In this document: in pieces, positions 8,369-16,587 of the stretch
How the letters are laid out: each line of letters starts with the position of its first letter
How positions within the stretch are numbered: position 1 is the first letter of the stretch
DNA from: a virus
Virus record (IMG/VR): IMGVR_UViG_3300028837_003833
Coordinates: 113,910-135,493 of that record
Reading direction: 5' to 3' (one strand)
DNA length: 21,584 nucleotides
Position numbers and translations under genes: made by a program
The notes under the pieces: model-generated
The model's input: only the letters and a program-made list of their open reading frames with translations
What the model was told of the DNA's origin: nothing
Databases searched by the model: none

Positions 8369-9194
8369 CCAGTAAAGTCCTTACAAACTCATTTACATTA
8401 TTTATATATTTGAAAAATTCCTTCTCTAATAAATCATCCACTTTTGCATCAGACACTACTAATGTCCGCTCACCAGATTTATATTGATCATATACTCTAA
8501 AAAGGTATGAAGAATTAAATCCTTTTTTAAGATCCGGTACCCTATCATTAATAAATTTTTTCAATTTTCTGGTTAAAATAATAGGGCTACCCTCTGTCTC
8601 AAATAACTGCTCCTTATATACCTGATAATCCTTTTTTATCTCTTCGGATAATTCTATTCTTTTCACGATAATATCATCATGAAATACCTCCTGCAGAGAA
8701 GTATCAGTAGCTACTGCCACTTTCTTAGCAAGCATGGAACAATCATATGGATTTACGTCCCCAATAACTTTAGCCCCCTGAAAAGCATAACAATGGGGAT
8801 ACCCTAATAAACTTTTATCAAAAAAACTCCAGAGAAAATAACACCAATAAACATCCCTTTTTGTTAAAAAAGGATGCTCCTCAACTACTAATTTATACCC
8901 CTTAAGAACAGTTTGATGCATATCAATGTTACGGTCCATTATATCGTTTAATCTAGGGTACTTTAATACAAAAAAATCATTTTCTGAGTTATCCATAAAC
9001 ATTGGTATATTTACAGGATCCATAGTTTTTTCTAAAGGTAAAAAAGTATAGTCAGGTAAACTATCTTTTATAATATCTATATTAGGGCACTTTTTACCAT
9101 AAACATAAAATTTACGTCCATAACCCTCGGAATACTTATTAATCTTATCAAGTTCATAGTTAAGATCGTCAGTTAAGATTACCCTACCCTTCAC
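8352..9194 (-). CDS. Hypothetical protein, probable degenerate SNF2-like ATPase lobe
   Basis: GTG at 9194 has SD GGGAGG-6 nt and overlaps the IbrB stop by 11 nt. YKLVVEEHPF...LWSFFDKSLLGYPHCYAF and IELSEEIKKDY..YKEQL resemble the SNF2 motif-III region and the helices after it; no Walker A or DEAH. Confidence 0.55.
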   Translation of the reverse strand: MKGRVILTDDLNYELDKINKYSEGYGRKFYVYGKKCPNIDIIKDSLPDYTFLPLEKTMDPVNIPMFMDNSENDFFVLKYPRLNDIMDRNIDMHQTVLKGYKLVVEEHPFLTKRDVYWCYFLWSFFDKSLLGYPHCYAFQGAKVIGDVNPYDCSMLAKKVAVATDTSLQEVFHDDIIVKRIELSEEIKKDYQVYKEQLFETEGSPIILTRKLKKFINDRVPDLKKGFNSSYLFRVYDQYKSGERTLVVSDAKVDDLLEKEFFKYINNVNEFVRTLLDATRT

Positions 9195-10836
9195 TATATA
9201 CCTCCCAGGATTTACTATACTCATTATTAGCCAATATTTTTGCACAACCAATTTGCTGACGTAATCTTAACAACTCTTCACCTTCCATACCTAAATGATT
9301 GGCTATTTGTTCATCTGACCAGCCTTGCTCATATAGATCTTTAACAATAACCCCCATCAAATCCACCTGATGCCTTCCACGAGCTCTGTTATGACGAATA
9401 GTCGAAGCCATTCTATCTTTTATGGATTTATCAAGAACAACAACAGGAACTTTACTACATTTAAAATGATTTATCAATACAGTATACCTGTGAAAGCCAT
9501 CAATGACTATAAATTTATCCTGCTCAGGATCATGATAAACTACTATAGGCTGGGTAACACCATCTTCTTCTATGCTGTGTATAAGTAATTCCATTTCAGG
9601 AGCTGCTACTTTATTAGGATTATACCCATTACTTTGCACCTTAGATGCATCTACTAACTTTACAGACATACAAGGGAATTTTAATGAATCCACCATAACA
9701 CGCTTTCTCTTAGGCTCAATACCTAATGACCTACGTATACCCGCTATAGTATTTCTCCCAAAGCCGTACTTTTCACCAATTTCTACATCTGTCATACCAC
9801 TCTTAAAATGCTCCTTAAGAACATCCTCCAGGGGCATTTTCCTAATATTTATCTTTGTCTTTAAACTACCTTCTTTTAATTTATTTTTTATTCCTTCTAT
9901 GTATAATTCTTTAGAATCTTTTATCGGGCACCCCAAATTTACTCTGTCTTCAACAAAAGAATCCCCCGAAAATCTTACTGGTATCTTAAGTTTATTACAT
10001 AAATCCAAATGATATGATACAATATCTTTTACTGTATACCTATCAGGAACCTTATCCCCAGTAATTTTATATCTCATGGAAGGTATTATATAAGGATCTA
10101 TAAGGTTGTAAAAATGATCCCTACTCTCAGACTTAATGTAGATATTATAATAACCCTTTTTTATATCATGATTCTGCAGTGTAGTCTTCAAACTAAATTT
10201 ATTTTCCAAAGTATCTCGTAAATTATTTCCCTCTTCTTTTGTAACATTTCCTACGCATAAGTATGCCCCATATTCACTGTACTTTCCATCATCCATATAC
10301 CAAAAAGCTAATCCTTCAGGATCTATATCCGCTATTATATCCTCAAACATATATTTCTTATGCTTACCATGAGAATAAAATCTCTCAAAGTATGGGATAA
10401 GATTGTCATGTCTATTTGTGTATACTTCAATGGCATTAACCTCTTTTTTGTAGTGGATGGAAGAAACATAAGAGTCTAAGCATTCCGCAATGTGGTAAGT
10501 ATATGGTAACTGACCCATACCATGTGTTACTCGGTAGTATTTTGGTTCCGACATACTAGCATCCCCTAATAATGTCCCAATAAGCATCTGGTGCATATGA
10601 GAAGATATAATAGGATTACTAATGCGGGTGTCGTTAAGTGGGGCCCTATAAACTATACCTAGGCACTTAATAATATGCTCTAATTGGTAGGACTTCAGAC
10701 CATAAGCGATACTAAGATCTTTAATAGTTAAGGTACCGCTTATAAGATGAGTCTTTATCTCTTCCTTAGAAAAAGTCCCATACTTATTATGAAGTATAAG
10801 ATCGGTACCTTTTTTTTCAGTAAAAAATGAGGGCAT
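9184..10836 (-). CDS. ibrB: HTH + LAGLIDADG endonuclease + HTH + IbrB (ParB/Srx-like) fusion
   Basis: Start moved to ATG 10836 (AGGA SD; the listed start runs through the terminator). LIGTLLGDAS and LAFWYMDDG...YIIPSMRYKI (LAGLIDADG_2 type, about 10063-10600); HTH GMTDVEIGEKYGFGRNTIAGIRRSLGI; IbrB from 9696: NGYNPNKVAAPEMELL..SIEEDG.TQPIV, IDGFHRY, RMASTIRHNRARG, GWSDEQIA..LGM. Confidence 0.88.
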   Translation of the reverse strand: MPSFFTEKKGTDLILHNKYGTFSKEEIKTHLISGTLTIKDLSIAYGLKSYQLEHIIKCLGIVYRAPLNDTRISNPIISSHMHQMLIGTLLGDASMSEPKYYRVTHGMGQLPYTYHIAECLDSYVSSIHYKKEVNAIEVYTNRHDNLIPYFERFYSHGKHKKYMFEDIIADIDPEGLAFWYMDDGKYSEYGAYLCVGNVTKEEGNNLRDTLENKFSLKTTLQNHDIKKGYYNIYIKSESRDHFYNLIDPYIIPSMRYKITGDKVPDRYTVKDIVSYHLDLCNKLKIPVRFSGDSFVEDRVNLGCPIKDSKELYIEGIKNKLKEGSLKTKINIRKMPLEDVLKEHFKSGMTDVEIGEKYGFGRNTIAGIRRSLGIEPKRKRVMVDSLKFPCMSVKLVDASKVQSNGYNPNKVAAPEMELLIHSIEEDGVTQPIVVYHDPEQDKFIVIDGFHRYTVLINHFKCSKVPVVVLDKSIKDRMASTIRHNRARGRHQVDLMGVIVKDLYEQGWSDEQIANHLGMEGEELLRLRQQIGCAKILANNEYSKSWEVYSEG

Positions 10837-10855
10837 TATTTTTATCCTATGCACT

Positions 10856-10895
10856 GTATATTGACAATATACTCTAATGCTTAAGACAATAACAA
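10856..10895 (-). promoter_or_regulatory. Candidate sigma70-like promoter with overlapping palindromic operator
   Basis: Minus strand TTGTTA-18 nt-TATATT; perfect inverted repeat GTATATTG-A-CAATATAC at 10856-10872 covering the -10 and start-site region. Confidence 0.45.
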
Positions 10896-10898
10896 TAT

Positions 10899-10936
10899 AA
10901 ATAAAAAGGGCATGTGTTTTAAAACACACGCCCTTT
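10899..10936 (-). terminator. Rho-independent terminator after the MCP gene
   Basis: Minus strand AAAGGGCGTGTGTT-TTAA-AACACATGCCCTTT followed by TTATTT. The single mismatch is a G-U pair on the minus-strand transcript. Confidence 0.85.
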
Positions 10937-10960
10937 AAAACCAACTAATTAAGATGCTAT

Positions 10961-11845
10961 TTAACGAGCAATCTTGACTCTGGTAATAGCGAGAGGATTG
11001 TGACATCCAATGCCGAGATTCTCGAACACTGAGAACCCTATACGTCTTGCTTTAGGATCATCAGCACTAAGAACAGTTAATTCAGTTCTTACAGGGATAC
11101 GACCAAAGAACTCTGGCTCTGCACAAACATATGCATATCCAGGAGAAACTTTTCTGCTAACGATGAATTGAGCACCCCAAGCAGTAGCAAGAAGACCACT
11201 CTTGAGCAATGTTCCCTGAGTCTCGATATCAAGAACATCACGTCCCCATTTCCTGATGTCTGCGAAATCCAGAGCATTCATGAAAACACGAGCAACACGA
11301 AGATCATGAGTCTCAATACGTGCGAAAGCATCAATAAGATTTGAAGGTGTAAGAGGAGCAACAGCATTAACCTGTGCGTTAACGTATGCGCTTCCTAAGT
11401 TATCAAAACCAAACTGAGAAACAGCATCCATAACATCAAATGCACGTGCATCTTCAGCAGCTTGAATCTGTGCTTTTGCAAGATCTTGTGCTCTCTCAAT
11501 GAGGTCAAAACGACGCTCTTTGATCTGAGTCAATGGAAGTTCAGGGTTTGATGCAATTTCGAAAAGAGGGAAAATCACACGGCGAGGTTTTGTGATCGCC
11601 AAAATGTTTTCACCTTCTTCGCCAACAACAAAAGCTGTCACATTTGGGTCTTTGTCGTAAATTGGCAGCGCACCATCAGGGAGCTGTTCTACGAGGAAAG
11701 CCTTACGTGCAACAGATGTATAATCTCTACGAAGACGTAGAGGCTGAATCATTGAAGCAGCAAGCTTCGCACGACCAGCAGCAGTTTTGATGTACTCACC
11801 AATGATCTGTTGTTTCAGTTCATTGGAAATAGTTCCATTCTCCAT
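10961..11845 (-). CDS. Major capsid protein (HK97 fold, Bxz1/encapsulin-like family)
   Basis: LAASMIQPLRLRRDY..VARK..LVEQLPDGALPIYD, RRVIFPLFEIASNP, IERAQD...IQAAED, GFSVFENLGIG..NP; strong SD AGGAGG; last gene of the head module; no delta domain. Confidence 0.92.
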   Translation of the reverse strand: MENGTISNELKQQIIGEYIKTAAGRAKLAASMIQPLRLRRDYTSVARKAFLVEQLPDGALPIYDKDPNVTAFVVGEEGENILAITKPRRVIFPLFEIASNPELPLTQIKERRFDLIERAQDLAKAQIQAAEDARAFDVMDAVSQFGFDNLGSAYVNAQVNAVAPLTPSNLIDAFARIETHDLRVARVFMNALDFADIRKWGRDVLDIETQGTLLKSGLLATAWGAQFIVSRKVSPGYAYVCAEPEFFGRIPVRTELTVLSADDPKARRIGFSVFENLGIGCHNPLAITRVKIAR

Positions 11846-11920
11846 TTTAATTCCTCCTAAAAAAAATTCATAAGTGTTTATTAGATCATACTATGGATTG
11901 ACTTCATGGCTATCTATCAA

Positions 11921-12493
11921 TTAGATAGTAAGCTGAACAACCATAAATGGATCAGTAGCACTCGGAGCAACAAGGACAATACCTACGACAAAAGAAGTAA
12001 CAGCAACAGCTGTACTTGCAATATTCTCAAACATACCGTTCTGTGAGCAATAAAGAGAATCTCCAGGTGAGTATGTGTTTGCTGCAGCAGCCTGCGAAGT
12101 AGTCTCATACAGATCTGTTGAGATAACAGTACCGTTACCATGAAGATATGGGCACTTTCCACTTGCAACACCTGAGCTTGATTCGTAGGGATAACCAACA
12201 GCATTATTAATCGCTACACCAAGGGGGCGACCAATAAGAACTGAAGGGGTTGCATTAGTACCAGTACACGCAACGACTGTGCCACTCACTGTTCCTGCAC
12301 AAACGATCTGACCTGCAAGAATACCTTTAGGTGTATCAGCACTAAGACGAGTATTCGCTGTAGCCTGAGCGTTTGCACCATAGTTATCTCTTGTGAGACC
12401 AGCGTCGGTCAGATTCATGAGGGAATTCATTGTCACGCGATAGAGAATGTTTAATCCTCTGTCAGGAACAATTCCACTTCCTTCACCAAACAT
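11921..12493 (-). CDS. Probable capsid decoration/cement protein
   Basis: Gly/Ala/Thr-rich and beta-rich (GILAGQIV, PLGVAIN, ASGKCPY, YSPGDSLY...G); lies between scaffold and MCP; SD GGAGG. Confidence 0.6.
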   Translation of the reverse strand: MFGEGSGIVPDRGLNILYRVTMNSLMNLTDAGLTRDNYGANAQATANTRLSADTPKGILAGQIVCAGTVSGTVVACTGTNATPSVLIGRPLGVAINNAVGYPYESSSGVASGKCPYLHGNGTVISTDLYETTSQAAAANTYSPGDSLYCSQNGMFENIASTAVAVTSFVVGIVLVAPSATDPFMVVQLTI

Positions 12494-12518
12494 GTTAAAC
12501 CTCCAACTTTAAGATGAA

Positions 12519-12544
12519 ACCCAATCCCTAACAGCAGGGCGGGT
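12519..12544 (-). other. GC-rich hairpin in the 5' leader of the decoration gene
   Basis: Minus strand ACCC-G-CCCTG-CTGT-TAGGG-ATT-GGGT in an otherwise AT-rich intergenic region. Confidence 0.5.
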
Positions 12545-12583
12545 AAATTATTGTTAAAATCTTATATAAATTTTTTATCAAGA

Positions 12584-12607
12584 ACACTCCCCTTTGCAGA
12601 AGAGTGT
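12584..12607 (-). terminator. GNRA-tetraloop hairpin after the scaffold gene (weak terminator or processing/stability element)
   Basis: Minus strand ACACTCTTCT-GCAA-AGGGGAGTGT: 10-bp stem with two G-U pairs and a poor U-tract (TCTTG). Confidence 0.6.
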
Positions 12608-12617
12608 CTAATACTTA

Positions 12618-13607
12618 TTAATTGAAAACGTCTTTTACATCTGGAGCTGAAGACCAAAGATTTGAGAGTTCACCAGTACCGCTTGTAGAAGCTTCTTTCT
12701 TAACCATACCTTTAAGACTTGATGCACCCTTCTTAACTGGAGAAGGCATGACACCAATAAAAATCTGATCAAGAAGACTTGCGTCAGAAGCTTCAACTTC
12801 TGACGCTTCTTTATCATCTTTTTCGTCATCCTTTTTGTCATCCTCTTTATCATCCTCACCACCATCATCAGAAGCTGACTTAATTTGAGCTTCAAGCTCT
12901 TCAGCTTGTTTTTTAAGAGCAGCAAGTTTTTCTTGAGGAGTAGGTTCTACTGCAGCTTCTTTTTCATCTTCTTTTTCATCTTTTTTTTCATCTTCATCAT
13001 CTGCAGCAGCTTTTTCCTCTACTGCAGCTTCTTTTCCTTCTTCATTTTCTTCATCTTTTTCATCTTCATCATCTGCAGCAGCTTTTTCCTCTACTGCAGC
13101 TTCTTTTCCTTCTTCATCTTTTTCATCTTCAGAAGAATCAGCAGCAGCTTTTGCAATCATTTTTGCAAGACCTTCTTGATTAGCAAGAGTTGCGTTAAGA
13201 CCGTCTTCAGGGAGATGCATCAGAATACCAGCCTGCTTCTCGATAATTTCATCGGTAGCACCAGGAAGCATTCTCTGTGAAGCAATGATAGCTTTAACAG
13301 CTTTTTCTTCAAGTCGACGAGCATTTGCAATAGCTTCAGTAGCAGCATGCTTATCGATAAGAGGTGCATGTCCTGTATCTTCACGTTTCTGATCATCTTT
13401 TGCAGGATTACCCTTATGAACATCCTCTGCCCATGCTGAAGGATCACCCTTTGCATACTCACTGACACTTGGATCATTTTTCTCATGTCCGGTATCATTC
13501 ATGTTATAAACATCATTATCAATACCAGAACCTTTATCCTCTACTTGTGTACCAGGCTTTGATTTCATATCAGCAGCCGTTCTGTTAGTTAATCGAATAC
13601 GAGACAT
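12618..13607 (-). CDS. Capsid scaffolding protein
   Basis: Highly acidic, helical, low complexity; lies between protease and decoration/MCP; ordered C-terminal LSNLWSSAPDVKDVFN; SD AGGAGG; many KxA motifs. Confidence 0.75.
   Translation of the reverse strand: MSRIRLTNRTAADMKSKPGTQVEDKGSGIDNDVYNMNDTGHEKNDPSVSEYAKGDPSAWAEDVHKGNPAKDDQKREDTGHAPLIDKHAATEAIANARRLEEKAVKAIIASQRMLPGATDEIIEKQAGILMHLPEDGLNATLANQEGLAKMIAKAAADSSEDEKDEEGKEAAVEEKAAADDEDEKDEENEEGKEAAVEEKAAADDEDEKKDEKEDEKEAAVEPTPQEKLAALKKQAEELEAQIKSASDDGGEDDKEDDKKDDEKDDKEASEVEASDASLLDQIFIGVMPSPVKKGASSLKGMVKKEASTSGTGELSNLWSSAPDVKDVFN
12984..13117 (-). repeat. 62-bp exact direct repeat (72-bp period) in the scaffold gene
   Basis: 12984-13045 is identical to 13056-13117; encodes EEGKEAAVEEKAAADDEDEK twice. 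Confidence 0.9.
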
Positions 13608-13674
13608 GCGTGTCCTCCTGTGTCAATTTATTTATGAAGTTCTATAGAACTAATAGTTTTCAGATAAAAAACGG

Positions 13675-13690
13675 ATATTAATAGATTATT
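13675..13690 (-). promoter_or_regulatory. Conserved intergenic motif, candidate late promoter (copy 1)
   Basis: AATAATCTATTAATAT upstream of the scaffold gene. Confidence 0.55.
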
Positions 13691-13707
13691 AATTTAAATA
13701 TTTTTTA

Positions 13708-16587
13708 TTATTCAAAGTGTGATAAAATCTTAGCCCATGAAGCTAACTTTTTATTTTCGTAACGACTCGGTTTACGCCCTATTTCCACAATGATATCAGT
13801 AAAAAAAGGCACCATACCTCTTGATCCAATTTTGACTCTTGATAATGTTTTAACTGCATCTACACCCACTGGATTATTTGAAGTACTTTTATCAATAAAA
13901 TGCAAAATCCCTAAAACATCATCACGATTATAGCCATATTTTTTAAACTGATTCCAATTTTTTATACTAGAAAGAATCATAAGACCATTATATAAACGAT
14001 CGTTCTTTATGCTCTTTGCTGAGGCTAAAACTTTATTAAAACTAGCAGATTTAGCTACTAAATTATCATTAGTAGAAGTCTCAAGTTCACTTGGTCGCTG
14101 ACTATCTTCACCTTGTTGTTTAGCTTGCTCCTTCAAGATCTCTCTTCGGATTTGATTTAAAAGTTGCCTCTTTACCATATCTTTAACTTCTGTGACAGTA
14201 GCATCCTCTTTTGGTTCCTCTATCTGAGGCTCTGGAGGAGCTGCAGGAGCACCATCCAAACTACCGCCACCTTCTGCCGGAGGTGCTGCACCTTCTGCTG
14301 GAGGAGCACCTAAGGAATCAGCAGGAGCCTCTCCCTCTGTAGGAGGAGTATCTACTTCAAGAGGTTTATCAGATTCAGGAGGAGCTTCTGGAAAACTAAA
14401 ATCATCTTTTGGAGGTTCAGCAGGAGGAGCATCACCTTCAGCAGCTTCAATCTCATTTACCAATTCTGTTGCAGCTTTTAATGCTGCAGACTTTAGATAC
14501 ATACCAGGCATATACTTAAAACCAGGCATAGCAACAGCCTTTTGAAATTTTTCAGAAAGATCTTTATCTCCAGTTGGTAAAACCTTATAGAGTACAGCTC
14601 CCTCAAAAGCAGGTTTACGCACCCAACTAGCATCTATGAACTTGCAACTATCAGGTTTATCAGAGCTACCACAGAGTTCAGCAATTATTCTTTTTACGCC
14701 ATTTTTATCATAGAAATAATTACCTTTAAAGTACTTTACATGTTTACAGGATTGTGACTCATCTTCTGCAATACGACCACACTGTGTGCATATTGAAAAT
14801 TGAATTAAACAACCCATACTGACAGCACTGTATTCCCCTGATTGAATCTTCTCCACTAAATCAGTATGCTTCTTGTTTGTAGCTATAAGAATATCAACAT
14901 ACATTGTAATAAGGTCTTCACCATTAATTCCTTTTGCAAAAGGCACTTCTCTTAACGCTACATCAATAATTTTTCCTTTTGATAATTCAGGGATCTGAAC
15001 ATGTTCACAGTTATGAACCACCACCCCTTCAGCTATGTATGAGTTATCATTATCTACTTCAATGTTATAAACTTCACAAGAGACATTACTTTCTTTCACC
15101 GAGTTTATCTTAGATACTATCCATTTTCCTTCTTCATTTTCAAAAGCATGGGTTATTTTCTTAGATTGTCTACTTGCTATTTTTATATCCCCATATCCAA
15201 CTATATCATTTAACTTTTTAGAATCTCTTGTTGAGAATCTCAATAAATAACCCGGTCTCGATTTTTTTCCTGTTAAAGGATCAGTAAATATTTCAAAACC
15301 ATCTGCTATCTCACAATCGGAATACCTTGGTAAGACCCCAACTTCCCTATATGTAGGAAGCATACCTAAACGCCAAGATACCCAATTAAACTGCTGTATG
15401 ATATCTTTTGATTTTAATTCTAAAGAATATCCCCTTGAAATGTACTCACCACACCCATCCCCATTAAGACAAGACTTAAGTATAATGGCTTGTAGCTTCT
15501 TTGGTAACCACATTGCTTCTTCAGGCATTTTTTTTGCCCAAGAATATTTACCGCACCATTTCTTAAAAAATTTAGCTATATCAGCATTACTAATAGAAAG
15601 CATATAAGATCCGGACTGGGACTCGTATATCCTTGGTAGACAATCCGCTCTAAATGTATCCCCAAATTCTTTAATTAATAGATCTTTAAGTCTTTCCGCC
15701 ACATCAATTTCATCATTACCAAGAGCAAAGGACACCCCAGATTCTTCATCTGAAGATTTATTTTTATTATCATAAAAACCTTCAGCAAGAAACCACCCTA
15801 TTAATTCTGCCCTATTCTCATTTATCTCACTGTTAGATATTTCTACAGCGGATACCGGGTGTGTGAAAAAATCCCTATCAGGATTTATACTATTAGCCTC
15901 TACCCAATTTGGGGTTAAGCCCTCTGGAAAAACCTCACCAGAAGATCTATGTACACCAACAGAAAAACCTGTCCAAGTATCTAATAAACAAAAATTTGCT
16001 TCTTTATCAAATAAATTAGGACGCCCTGTTTTTGGGCAAGTTTCACGGGCATGGTATATCCAAAAAGGATGTTCTTTAGTAACAAACATATTTCTTGATA
16101 GGATATTTAACCCAGACACCTCTACTAAGTTATTTGCTTTATGTCTAAATGTCTTTGTGACATTACCTATCTCACCTTTTCTATTTATTACCCTATCACC
16201 TTCTTTTATATCCTGAATAGGCTTATAGGTACCATCTGACATAAGTACACGGGTACCAGCAGCAAAACAAAAGTTATCTGCACCAAGAAAACTTTTTGAA
16301 GCTATCTTGAGAAGATTACGTTCCCAGCTATCACCATTATTATTTACAAAAATTGAGTAATCAGGTTTGATCAAATAGTTACTTTTAGGATTGGATGGAT
16401 CGGCTAAATCAGTATCTACTGATGCCATAATCGTGGTATGAGAAAGTAACCATTTTGAAGGATCAAACTGGGCTATTACTTCTTTTGCTACTTTTAAACG
16501 ACCTTTAGGAACAACATTGTCGACCCATTTACCTGGGCAGACAACCTTATTCACTACAGCAGCATGTCCAAACTTAAGCATTGCCAT
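13708..16587 (-). CDS. Prohead (maturation) protease precursor with intein
   Basis: Exteins: NNNGDSW...FLGADNF|CEH...KGKIID (His), KIQSGEYSAVSMGC (Ser), CTQC...CKH Zn site, ASWVRKPAF; then a Pro/Ala/Glu linker and a helical C-terminal domain. The spliced product is 539 aa. Confidence 0.88.
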   Translation of the reverse strand: MAMLKFGHAAVVNKVVCPGKWVDNVVPKGRLKVAKEVIAQFDPSKWLLSHTTIMASVDTDLADPSNPKSNYLIKPDYSIFVNNNGDSWERNLLKIASKSFLGADNFCFAAGTRVLMSDGTYKPIQDIKEGDRVINRKGEIGNVTKTFRHKANNLVEVSGLNILSRNMFVTKEHPFWIYHARETCPKTGRPNLFDKEANFCLLDTWTGFSVGVHRSSGEVFPEGLTPNWVEANSINPDRDFFTHPVSAVEISNSEINENRAELIGWFLAEGFYDNKNKSSDEESGVSFALGNDEIDVAERLKDLLIKEFGDTFRADCLPRIYESQSGSYMLSISNADIAKFFKKWCGKYSWAKKMPEEAMWLPKKLQAIILKSCLNGDGCGEYISRGYSLELKSKDIIQQFNWVSWRLGMLPTYREVGVLPRYSDCEIADGFEIFTDPLTGKKSRPGYLLRFSTRDSKKLNDIVGYGDIKIASRQSKKITHAFENEEGKWIVSKINSVKESNVSCEVYNIEVDNDNSYIAEGVVVHNCEHVQIPELSKGKIIDVALREVPFAKGINGEDLITMYVDILIATNKKHTDLVEKIQSGEYSAVSMGCLIQFSICTQCGRIAEDESQSCKHVKYFKGNYFYDKNGVKRIIAELCGSSDKPDSCKFIDASWVRKPAFEGAVLYKVLPTGDKDLSEKFQKAVAMPGFKYMPGMYLKSAALKAATELVNEIEAAEGDAPPAEPPKDDFSFPEAPPESDKPLEVDTPPTEGEAPADSLGAPPAEGAAPPAEGGGSLDGAPAAPPEPQIEEPKEDATVTEVKDMVKRQLLNQIRREILKEQAKQQGEDSQRPSELETSTNDNLVAKSASFNKVLASAKSIKNDRLYNGLMILSSIKNWNQFKKYGYNRDDVLGILHFIDKSTSNNPVGVDAVKTLSRVKIGSRGMVPFFTDIIVEIGRKPSRYENKKLASWAKILSHFE
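15010..16269 (-). mobile_element. Intein (420 aa) with LAGLIDADG homing endonuclease
   Basis: Block A CFAAGTRVLMSDG; block B VTKEHPF; block C LIGWFLAEG; block E SCLNGDG; blocks F/G VYNIEVDNDNSYIAEGVVVHN; +1 residue Cys. Confidence 0.95.

Noticed and set aside
9184-10836. LAGLIDADG domain as part of an intein or group I intron
   Set aside because: No Hint blocks (no C/S start block, no HN end), no interrupted host gene and no intron core visible.
10837-10944. 36-aa N-terminal extension of the LAGLIDADG-IbrB ORF (looks hydrophobic)
   Set aside because: It runs through the terminator and promoter; ATG 10836 has an SD.
10961-11845. Cellular encapsulin instead of phage MCP
   Set aside because: Portal, protease and scaffold context shows a phage head module.
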